A DNA stretch of 64,000 bases, from NCBI GenBank assembly GCA_951406725.2, contig OX597819.1:69936001-70000000 (forward strand), in the 5' to 3' direction. Below, in pieces: positions 53,252 through 64,000 of this stretch (position 1 is the first letter of the stretch; every line of letters begins with the position of its first letter). The stretch is from Octopus vulgaris (lineage: Eukaryota). Both the position numbers and the translations under genes were made by a program. The notes beneath the pieces were generated by a model that saw only the letters and a program-made list of their open reading frames with translations, searched no databases and was not told where the DNA came from.

Positions 53252-56200
53252 ATGCCGGATCCTAGGTCCTACCTCCTCACCCTCCATCACCGTTTGAAGG
53301 ATCATCTCCGTTCGCTTCCTGTATATTGCCTTCAGCCGTCCGTTAATCTCTCTCTACTTCTTTTTAAAAAAACCCGCTTCTCTAGCCATGTCTCTTTCCT
53401 AAGCCGCTGCCTACATCACCGACTCATCCCTAAAGGTTTCCGCCTCCACTTCCACCCTGCTCTCCACTCGGATTCTTCCATCTTACCCATACTCCGCACC
53501 ACATCTTACCGCCTTATGCGGGCCACCATTCGCTCCAATCTCTCCAAACTACATGCCATCAACCGCCTTCTTCCTCCTGCTTTCTCCACCTTCTTCTCCT
53601 CTCTGCCGCCTCTCTATGCTCCAAACACGCTACGTTTCATTATCCATTTGAATCAACTCTTCCATCAATTTCTTTCTGATACCAAACTTCGTAAACTCCA
53701 ATCACTCTTCCATTCCACCCTACCCGACGCCACTACCCCAACTCCTCCACCACCCTTCTCCCCTCCCGATAGGCTCCATCCACCCACACCTAACCTCACT
53801 GCCCCTCCCTACAACCCCTTCTCCCCTCCCGTTAGGCTCCATCCACCTACACCTAACCCTACTGCCCCGCCCAACCACCCCCACACACCTCCCCAATCCC
53901 TCCCCCTCAGACCTCCACGAGACCTACCACCCCTCCTACTTCTATTCCACCCACCCCTTCTCCACTTCCGTCTGCTGTTACCATTCCCCCCGATCTTCCC
54001 CTCTCTGCGGCTGAACGCTCCGTCCTTGGTAGGGGTCTGCGTTTCATCCCCCTCACTCCATCCTGTAAGGAATTCCAGACGCGAGTTGATGTCCACAGCT
54101 TTGTGCGCCGTGTCCGGTTGGGTGCGCATTACCACGACTCGCCACTCACACCCAACGAAGAGGACTGCTTCACAGGCCTGGGCCGCCGACCATCCCCGTG
54201 GACGCCTGCCCCATGCCAGATCCTAGCAGTGGATCTTTCCGCGGGCGCTTGTCAGCGTGCATTGAAGCGGTTCAACTTCTCCAGGCGCCAACGCCGCCTC
54301 AACATCTCCCCGGCTAAGCTCTGGGCTCTTCATTCCCTCCAACGGCGCGCTGACATTATCATCAAACCGGCTGACAAGGGTGGAGCTGTAGTGGTGTGGT
54401 GCGCGGACCTCTATAGGGCCGAGGCTTTCCGCCAACTCAATGACACCTCCTTCTATTCCCCTCTGCCCTCTAACCCCACACGTAGCTACCAACAGACGGT
54501 ATCCTCTACTGTCCAAGACCTCATCTCGTCCTCCCGTCTCCCCCGCACCGCATCCAACCTAATTGTGCGAACCCCACGTACCCCCACCATTTACTTCCTC
54601 CCCCAAATCCACAAACCCAACAACCCTGGCCGCCCCATCGTCTCCGCCTGTAACTGCCCCACGGAGCTCATCTCTAAATACCTCGACCGTGTCCTTGCCC
54701 CCCTAGTGGCATCTCTTCCCTCCCACATCCACGATACCAACCATGCTCTCCGGCTTTTCAACTCTTTCTCCTTTCCTCCCGGCTCCTCCAAAATCCTTTT
54801 TACTATGGACATCCAAAGCCTCTATACTGTTATCCCTCACCACGAAGGACTGCAGGCCCTTCGACACTTTCTTGACCTCCGCTCTAACCCTGTACCTGAC
54901 ACCCCCACACTCATTCGTCTGGCCGAACTTGTCCTTACTCTGAACTGCTTCTCGTTCGCGGGCGAGTTCTACCATCAGGTCTCGGGAGTGGCCATGGGAA
55001 CGCGAATGGGCCCCAAATATGCGAACCTGTTCGTTGGCTATGTTGAGGCCCAAATATTCTCTAATTTCACTGGTCCCACTCCTGAACTATATGGTCGTTA
55101 CATTGACGACATTATCGGTGCCACCTCACTCTCCCGCGAACATCTAGATTCCTTCCTCTCTTTCGTCCAATCTTTCCATCCAGCCCTCCACTTCACTTCC
55201 ACTATCTCCAACACCTCTGTCTCCTTCCTCGACATTTCGGTTAGCATTCTTCACTCCACTCTTACCACCTCCATTCACTACAAACACACAGACTCACACT
55301 CATACGTCAACTTCTCTTCCTCCCACCCAGAACACACCAAGCTGTCCATCCCCTATTCCCAATTCCTCCGTCTACGTAGGCTCTGTAGTGACGACCATGA
55401 CTTTGAGACTCAGTCTCAACGTATGGCTCACCACTTCACCCTACGTGGATACCCCCTCACCACTATCCACACCGCCCTTGCCAGAGCACGGTCCGTGGAC
55501 CGTGTATCTGCTCTCTCTCCCCGAACCCGCCCTGTAGTCTCCCGCCTCCCTTTTCCCCTCACTTACCACCCCACGACCCTACGTCTCCAACGCACCATTC
55601 TTCGAGCTTTCCGTCATCTCCAGTCCGACCCGTCCACTTCACACCTCTTCCCTAACCGACCCCTCCCCTCTTTCAAACGAGCCCACAACCTTCGAGACCT
55701 TTTGGTCCATAGCTCCTTCCCTGACCCTACCTCCCAACCCGGCTCGTTCCCCTGCTCCCGCCCACGTTGCCGCACTTGCCCTTACCTCTCCAACACCACC
55801 CGCCTCACTAGCACCCACCATCGACCCAATCCCATCATCCACTCCTTCACCTGCACCTCCAGCAATATTATCTATTGCATCTCTTGCTCTCTCTGCAATT
55901 CCTTGTACATCGGACAAACGGGACGCCGCTTGGCTGACCGGTTCGCGGAACACCTTCGTGACATCCACCTTGCGAATGACACACCGGTCTCACGCCATTT
56001 CCACTCCACCGGTCACTCCTTGCAACACCTATCTGTGTTCGGTTTGTCCTTACACAGAGGCCATCCGGATTCCCGTTTGCGCCGTGAACAGGAATTAATC
56101 TTCTCTCTTCGCTCTTATACGCCATTTGGTCTCAACTCTCCCCCCTCCTCATCTAACCCCCCTCCCCCCTCCTCGCCTATCCTTTTCCCCCCGACCCCTA

Positions 56201-56484
56201 CTTCTTCAGTCCTTCATCATTTCACCCCTACTCCCCTTCCCTTCTTCCCTCTTTCTCCCTCCCTCTTCCCCTTCCCTCTGCTCCCTCACTCCCTCTCTCC
56301 CCTTCTCTCTCCCCTTCTCTCTCCCCCTCTCCCTCTTTCCTCTTCCCCCCTCTCCTCCCCCTCTTCTTCCCCTCCCCTTCTCTCCCCCCCTCTTCTCCCC
56401 CTCCCCCTCTTCTCCTCACTACACCACATGACTTTACACATCACATCACATATGATGTGCCATACTAATACACACACCAACTAA
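53252..56484 (+). CDS. PLE polyprotein (N-terminal domain, RT, Zn-finger linker, GIY-YIG endonuclease) with one frameshift
   Basis: ATG 53252 MPDPRS..FLSRCLHHRLIPKGF. Shift to the -1 frame within 53836-53960, then LSAAERSVLGRGLRFIP, IKPADKGGAVVV, PGRPIVS, FTMDIQSLY, GVAMGTRMGP, GRYIDD, FLD, CSRPRCRTC, IIYCISC..LYIGQT..R..EH, REQELI..PFGLN. Confidence 0.9.
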
Positions 56485-56700
56485 TACATACTAATACGTA
56501 CTAATACATACTAGTACATACTAATACATACACCAAGCCTATACATACACACGTCCAGACCCCGCATACGCACTTATACTCTCTCATACACACACACACA
56601 CACTTATACATACCAATACGTACTAATACATACTAATACATACTAATACATACACCAACCCCATACATACGCACGTCCAGACCAATCCTACGCACTAATA

Positions 56701-56740
<40 letters not shown>

Positions 56741-57116
56741 TATACATACTAATACATACACCAACCCTATACATACACACATCCAGACCCCTCCTACGCA
56801 CTATTAGCTGGTCCCTCAACCCTTTTATCAACCCAATTATCTCCCCTTATTTCGCTCTCGCGTCTCATGTTTGATCTTTGACCTCTGGCCGAAATCAGAT
56901 CGCCATGTTGATTCGTTAGCTACTGCACGCATTTTTTTCTCTCCTTCTTTCTGTGTTTTTCTCTCTCTGTGTATCTTTCTGTTGAAGAGCGTAGGCTCGA
57001 AACGTTAAAGACTTGTTTTATTTATATTTCCTGAGCGCCATACTAATACAATTGTTCGTTTGTTTTCCACCTGCCTTCGTCTTTTGTTTATTTTCATAAA
57101 GCTTCCCGTTATATAT
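56416..57116 (+). repeat. 3' pLTR (~700 bp)
   Basis: Matches 51934-52632. Confidence 0.95.
56974..57011 (+). ncRNA. Hammerhead-like motif in the 3' pLTR
   Basis: Identical to 52490-52527. Confidence 0.6.
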
Positions 57117-57135
57117 GTATATATATGTATATATG

Positions 57136-57188
<53 letters not shown>

Positions 57189-58028
57189 GTGACACATTCA
57201 TATATGTAATATGTACCATATATATATAGATGTATTTATATATACGTATATGTGTGTGTGTGTCCATGCATACATACATTATGTATGTATGTATGGATAC
57301 ATACATACACACATACATACAAACATACATACATATATAATTGTATGTACAATTATATATGTATTTGTGTGTGAGTGTGCATAAATATATATTATATATA
57401 TATATGTCTGTGCGCGCTTATGTATGTATGTATGTATGTATGTATGTATGTATGTATGTATGTATGTATGTATGTATGTATGTATGTATGTATGTATGTG
57501 GAGTCTAACATAGTGGAATGCTTAAGAAATTTGCTTTGCAATTACGAGGATTCGCGTTCAATTCCAGCCTACGGAATCTTGGCCAAATACGTTTTACTTC
57601 AGCAGTGAGTCAATTCATCCTTTACGGGCAAAATTGTAGTTCACTGGTCCTGCCTTCTTATGCTCTGTATTACGTTTATCCCGCTTGAGGATTAGTTAAA
57701 GATTGTATGTGTCGCTTGTTTCATGAAGTAGGTTGTCAAGTTGATCAAAATGAATACTCCTCGTTGAAAATGACCGAGATTCATGGTGAAAGCGCGTGAT
57801 CTGGTGGTTAGTGTGTTGGATTTAAGATCATGAAGTTGTGTATTGGTACTCGAAGCCAGGCGATGTTTGGATCTTCTGAGTTCGAATTCTGCTGAGGTCG
57901 ACCCTTCATCCTTTCGGGCCGTTAAAATAAGTAGCTGTTGAATGATGAGGTCGATGTGTTCGACTTAACCACCTCCTCCGGAATTTCTGGCCTTGTGCCA
58001 AAATTTGAAATCATTACTATAAATAATG

Positions 58029-58065
<37 letters not shown>

Positions 58066-58066
<1 letters not shown>

Positions 58067-58502
58067 TGATATAAAAGATGGGCTACAGCAAATATTCAGC
58101 TCAATATCACAGATTTGCTTGTCAGTCGTTTGACCTTAACCAGTTGACCATGTGGTTGGCGTTATGTGCATCTCTGATCACGAGCAGAAGTAGTGAGGGA
58201 ACATCACAGCCGTGTATTGAAAGGAATTCTTAGAGGTTTGGATAATTCACCTCTGGACACATAGGTGGTTCGTTCAACATCCTTAAACAATCCTTATTCA
58301 GAGACCAGAAGAAATTTCTAACTGGGCCCTACCTGCAAGGTCTTGCGCTGTTTATCTTGATAAAGATCACCATGTCGCGCATATATGGTTGTGATGCATG
58401 TGCCTTGTGTACCCTTATCAGACGGGTTGTCATGATGGGTATACTGGGCCTCGTATATTTTAACTCAGCGTCACTTTGATGGCATGCACTGCTCTCTCAC
58501 TC
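58066..58502 (+). mobile_element. Probable retroelement 3' fragment inserted in (TAA)n
   Basis: About 435 bp of complex sequence flanked on both sides by long (TAA)n tracts. Confidence 0.45.
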
Positions 58503-58549
<47 letters not shown>

Positions 58550-58560
58550 TAATAATAATG

Positions 58561-58615
<55 letters not shown>

Positions 58616-58846
58616 TGATGATGATATGGTCAGCTGACAGAATCGTTAGCACGCCGAGCCAAGTGCTTAGCGACATTCTGTCCGTCTTAACGTTCCGAGT
58701 TCAAGTCGCCGCGATTGACTTTGCTTTTCATCCTTTTTGGTGGCCGATAAAATACGTATTAGTCATGTAATCACTATTCCCCTCCTCTAACATTCCAGGC
58801 CTTGTGCCTATAGTAGAGAGGGTTATTGATATTATTATTATTATTA

Positions 58847-58886
<40 letters not shown>

Positions 58887-58903
58887 CATCATCATTATCA
58901 TCA

Positions 58904-58967
<64 letters not shown>

Positions 58968-59606
58968 GTCCTTTCTTCATTTCCCTCTCTCCGTTTTTGA
59001 TTTCTTCGAAAGTCCCTTCTCATATCAATCTTTTTTTATATATATATTTTAAACAAATAACATCGTATGATGATTATCTCTCAGCAATTTTTGTAGTTGT
59101 AATGTTGATGGGGAGAAAGGAGAAGGAAAAGTCTGATATAGAATGAATCGTGGAATCACGTTTTCGGATGTTAAACATTAGTAAAAGACATGTCGTTACC
59201 AGCAACTGTTTTGCATATATTTTTTCTTATTTCCTTGGAAATAAGAGCGTGAGGAGAAGACCTTCGGAAACATCTGGTTAATGGTAATATTTTTTGCTGT
59301 ATTCAAACTGCTATTTTTAAAGTGAAAGAGAAAAATTGCATTCTAAAATATTCCTAAAAGACAAAAACAAATATACAAAATTGGCAAAGATTCCATAAAT
59401 GTAATATCACGTGTCAGTGTCAAAACCAGACATTGGCTGTTCAACCGGAAGTATAACCAAAACGCCATTTTTCTTTCCATTAATCATTATGATGACTTCA
59501 TAACTAGTCTGAATAAAATTTAACCTTCGCCCTCCTTTTTCTTCCTACTTATTCTTTGCCGACTTCTTTCTTTCTCTTCGTAGAGTTATCAATATCCTTC
59601 ACACTA

Positions 59607-59822
59607 AGGCGGCGAGCTGGCAGAAACGTTAAACACGCCGGGTGAAATGCTTAGCGGTATTTCGTTTGTCGTTACTTTCTGAGTTCAAATTCCGCCGAAG
59701 TTGACTTTGCCTTTCATCCTTCAGGGGTCGATAAATTAAGTACCAGTTGAGTACTGGGGTCGATCTAGTCTACTGGCACCCTTCCCAAAAAGTTTCGAGC
59801 CTTGTACGTAAAGTAGAAAAGA
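59607..59822 (+). mobile_element. SINE family B
   Basis: AAGGCGGCGAGCTGGCAGAAACG...GAGTTCAAATTCCGCC...GACTTTGCCTTTCATCC. Confidence 0.8.
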
Positions 59823-59980
59823 ATATCCTTCACACTGTTTCTTTCATTCCCTCTGCCTCTCTTTTTATATCCATCTATTTATATGCATACACGCGCACAC
59901 ATACAGACATACATACATACATACATACATACATACATACATACATACATACATACATACATACATACATACATACATAC

Positions 59981-60064
<84 letters not shown>

Positions 60065-60423
60065 GTTTCTTTATTGGCCACACAGGGCTGCACACAGATG
60101 GGACAAGTTACAAGGTAGAGCTTTTCTTTTGGGGGATGAAAAAACAAAAAACAAAAGATACAAAAAAAAGGGGTGGCGTAGGTTTTCGATCAAGAGGGAT
60201 CGTAAAAGGGAAGAAAAGAACAGAAAAAAAATAGATAGATAGATAGATAGATAGATAAATTAGCAAATGGAGGGGCCAACTTCGAATACGGGTGATATTT
60301 TGGAAAAAAAGTGGAACTTATACACGCGAAGTACGGTATTTTATTTTATAATCCTTTGTTTATGTGTTGTTTCTTTGTTGTTTTAGTGTTTATTTATGAC
60401 TTGTGTTTGCTTATATCGTTTAG

Positions 60424-60599
60424 GTGTGGGGTTTGCACTTCGCAAAATAGTATCGAAGCTCAGCAGTTATACGAATATACAGGTAGACGAGAGTGGTACG
60501 TGGACCCTTGATATCACGTCGACGTTTAAAAATATACATCTTCAGTTTAAACTTGGCGAGGAATTCGATGAAACTACAGGAGATGGCCGTCACATGAAA
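60424..60599 (+). CDS. FABP: Fatty-acid-binding / intracellular lipid-binding protein, coding exon 2
   Basis: Acceptor TTTAG|GT completes the Gly codon. VGFALRKIVSKLSSYTNIQVDESGTWTLDITSTFKNIHLQFKLGEEFDETTGDGRHMK contains the STFK and FKLGEEFDETTxDGR motifs. Phase-0 donor AAA|GTGAGT; 176 nt, frame-consistent with exon 1. Later exons are not seen in the window. Confidence 0.92.
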
Positions 60600-60699
60600 G
60601 TGAGTATATATCTATCCCGCCCTCGCCCCTCTATCTCTATGTAAGTAGCTTTTATATATGTATATGTATGTATGCTTATATATGTGTGTAAGTGTGTGC

Positions 60700-60738
<39 letters not shown>

Positions 60739-61282
60739 ACGATATTATAACGATAAATTATTGTATCATGATATATCAAATACATTATAATATAGATGGT
60801 TATACCAATTAAAAACCAGAAAGATACAATACATAAATAAAGGTGTAAAATAGGCCCAGCAATTGCTAGAAATAAGAACTAAAAATATGACTCAAATAGC
60901 CACACAAAATCATCAACCACATGAGATGTTATATATATATATATGGAACGAAAAACGTAATGGAGGGCATTAAAACGTTCTGACAGATAGACGATACAAA
61001 GGCGGACAAGAGAAACAACAATTAGGACAGGCAAAAAAAGACTGGTATTTCTTGTTTTTTTTTTCATCAGGGAAGTCCCAGAAATCACGACCATTTCGGG
61101 CAGTTACACTTGAGATAGTTCGATCTGGTTACTCCCAAATAAGTCTAAGCGAAGAGCATTAGACCGCTTTGTATGAAAGCTAGCGAATGTGTACGGCAAC
61201 AAAGAAAAAAAAAAACAAATAAACAAAAAAATGGAGATCATAGTACACAATCATGAATACAAACAACAATTAATTATTGTTA

Positions 61283-61695
61283 TACTCTTTACTCTTTTGC
61301 TTGTTTCAGTCATTTGACTGCGGCCATGCTGGAGCATCGCCTTTTAGTCGAGCAAATCGACCCCAAGACTTATTCTTTGAAAACCTAGTACTTATTCTAT
61401 CGGTCTTTTTTGCCGAACCGCTATGTTACGGGGACCTAAACACACCAGCATCGGTTGTCAAGCGATGTTGGTTGGGTGGACAAATACAGCCATAGAAACA
61501 TATACACACACATATATATACACACATATATACGACGGTCTTCTTTCAGTTTCTGTCTACCAAATCCACTCACAAGGCTTTAGTCGGTCCGAGGCTATAG
61601 TAGAAGGCGCTTGCTCAAGGTGCCACGCAGTGGGAATGAAACCGGAACCATGTGGTTGGTAAGCAAACTACTTACCACACAACCACTCATGCAGC
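61283..61695 (-). mobile_element. SINE family A, full length
   Basis: Reverse complement of the 13395-13796 family. Confidence 0.82.
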
Positions 61696-61855
61696 CATGT
61701 TAAATTCAAATTACGATGAACGTAAACAAACAAACGAAGTTTGCTTTAGAAGCGTTGAGATATCTTAGAAAGTTAAAGAAGTGATTTTAAATTCGCAAAC
61801 ATAGGATACTGCTAATAATATTCCCTGATAAGCTACCCATATTTTGCGGAAAAAA

Positions 61856-61929
61856 GTGCTGACTGAGACTCGAACTCACACCTCCGTGATTACGCGTCAC
61901 GGTGCTCTGAACCATTAATCTAAACCGCC
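61856..61929 (-). pseudogene. tRNA-like sequence (Thr-CGT-like) between ~125-bp direct repeats
   Basis: GGCGGTTTAGATTAATGGTTCAGAGCA-CCGTGA-CGCGTAA-TCACGG-AGGT-GTGAG-TTCGAGT-CTCAG-TCAGCAC-TTTTTT. It has A box, B box, an anticodon hairpin and an oligo-T terminator, but the acceptor stem is broken. Confidence 0.55.
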
Positions 61930-62279
61930 AACACCACAAATTCTTCCGCAAATTTAAGATATATAGAAATCTCGCTTTATGAGACGTTATCATACGTTAA
62001 ATTCAAATTACGATGAACGTAAACAAACAAACGAAGTTTGCTTTAGCAGCGTTGGGATGCCTTACAAAGTTAAACAAGTGATTTTAAATTCTCAAGTGCA
62101 GGATCATGCTAATAATATAGCCCGAACAGGATTATTATTATTATTATTATTGTTGTTGTTGTTATTATTATTATTATCATTATTATTATTATTATTATTA
62201 TTATCATTATTATTATTATTATTATTATTATCATTATTATTATTATTCCTATTATTATTATTTCTATTATTGTTATTAC

Positions 62280-62368
<89 letters not shown>

Positions 62369-62988
62369 TCATTATTATTATTATTATTTTAATCCCATCA
62401 CTAGTGTCTGGGGCAACGTATTCTCGTTTAGCTAGGGTTACTCGATCAATTCACCTGCGGGAATGAGTGTGTATGTGTGTGTGAGTGTGTGTGTATATAT
62501 ATATCTATGTGTGTGTGTGTGTGTGTGTGAGAGTTTGGTTTGTATAAATGATGAAAGTTGCAATAAATTCCAATGTTAGACCCTCGCCTTGCCGGGAGCG
62601 TGAACAAAGAAACGGAAACCAATTTACTGAATCTGCCATTAAACCGATGCTTATTATCGCCTGCAGCAAACTTGACGGAATATCTTGATATTATTTACTT
62701 GCGATTCCTTATAAATCTCTCGGAATCCTTATATTATCAGAATGTGTTAGTGTCTGACTGCATGTAGTGCTAATGTTTCCATTTCTACCGGTTTTCTGCG
62801 CTGTTTCTGCGTATATTATTGTGTTTTTAGTGTCCTATATGGTTCGTGTTTTGTTTATGAGCATATGTTTGTCTTTGTTGCCTGCGTATACATGCTCTGT
62901 ATGCATTTGTATGCAAATATACTGTGTATGCGTGTGTGTATTTGCAAGCACACGTAATTGTACATACATGTACAAATAATAAATATAA

Positions 62989-63052
<64 letters not shown>

Positions 63053-63195
63053 TGTACATGTATACTTTGTATGAATGAAGTCTTGCTTTCAACCTTCTGG
63101 TGTCGATTCAATGGAGTACAAGTCAAATACTTGATTGTTACTCCTTTATTCTTCTTCTACTTGTATTTTTACATTTTACTAATATTATTATTATA

Positions 63196-63264
<69 letters not shown>

Positions 63265-64000
63265 TCTGTTGTTGTTGTTATTGTTATAAACAATTATTGG
63301 CAATGGAATTGCACAACCGGTGAAGCGTCGGTCGAAAAAAAACTCTTGCGATATATGTTCTGGTTCTTTACATTTAGAATTCAATTTTTGATGAGATCAA
63401 CTTTGCGCATCAAGCCTCGTGGATCGATCAAATAAGGAACCAATCAAGTATCGGTATCGATCATATCAAATAATACTCTCAAAACTGTTCTGGTACATTT
63501 TAATTAGGAACCCAGCTCCCGGCGGGTCCGGAATATGCTGGCTGTATATTCAATCCTTCTGTATTTGAATGGCACGCTCCGAGCTCTCCCTAAGTTCCCT
63601 AACTAAAAATGTACCAACACAAAGCAACACCATATGCACATTCCATAACTTCCCGATCAATGATGAAAATGCATGTCTGTGGTGTATAAAATCACGTGTA
63701 ATAAATGCATTAAGTCTTACATCGGAAGTACCATCAGACAGATGCACGTACAGGTTAAAAAACCGTCTCTGTGTTAACGGCTCTCCCGTGAAAAAAAATC
63801 ACCTACGGAAACATGAAACCCAAGACACGGCACAGAACGAAACCTTATCGTAACCAAATCGAACTACACACAGCTGGTTGGCTATTATAGCAATGCTATC
63901 CTGTGAATGCAAATCAACGTCCGACATACATACATATGCACATACTACAAAACAGGAAAGCCAGCTCGCAAAATCCAGTTCTCCGAAGCTTTTCTGAGGA

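Larger units (their letters stand above)
51934..57116 (+). mobile_element. Penelope-like retroelement (Neptune-like), near complete, with direct pLTRs
   Basis: Direct repeats 51934-52632 and 56416-57116 differ at only a few positions and flank an RT + GIY-YIG ORF. Both outer ends abut TA-rich microsatellite. Confidence 0.95.

Noticed and set aside
53809-55968. Minus-strand ORFs overlapping the PLE
   Set aside because: They are antisense shadows of the compositionally biased RT ORF and carry no motifs.
51934-57116. LTR retrotransposon or endogenous retrovirus
   Set aside because: No gag, protease, RNase H or integrase, no TG...CA termini and no primer-binding site. RT plus GIY-YIG defines a PLE.
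61856-61929. Functional tRNA-Thr gene
   Set aside because: The acceptor stem does not pair, and position 33 is G rather than U.
63500-64000. FABP exon 3 or a Helitron fragment near the window end
   Set aside because: Translations show no iLBP exon-3-like or helicase motifs, so the region is left unannotated.

Overview
This is a repeat-saturated, AT-rich animal genomic window. The SINE families and the extreme (TA)n/(CA)n/(GATA)n/(TAA)n microsatellite load resemble Octopus (coleoid cephalopod) DNA; that assignment is inference. Almost all ORFs in the supplied track are microsatellite artefacts. The only host gene I can support is a + strand intracellular lipid-binding protein (FABP/CRABP family). 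It has coding exon 1 at 42863-42932 and exon 2 at 60424-60599, a 17.5-kb intron between them, and further exons beyond the window. That intron contains a young, near-complete Penelope-like retroelement (PLE; RT + GIY-YIG) with ~700-bp direct pseudo-LTRs (pLTRs), each carrying a hammerhead-ribozyme (HHR)-like motif. The rest is decayed PLEs, three mariner copies, Tc1-like and MITE relics, LINE 3' fragments and three tRNA-derived SINE families. The most notable unexplained signal is a dense set of type I hammerhead motifs, more than ten intact or decayed copies in several families. These include variant catalytic cores, very long stem II inserts, and a tRNA-headed (Pol III) SINE-like element ending in a hammerhead. 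They are typically inserted at (TA)n tracts and often form inverted hairpins. All ribozyme calls come from motif reading by eye and are untested. Repeat boundaries are approximate.
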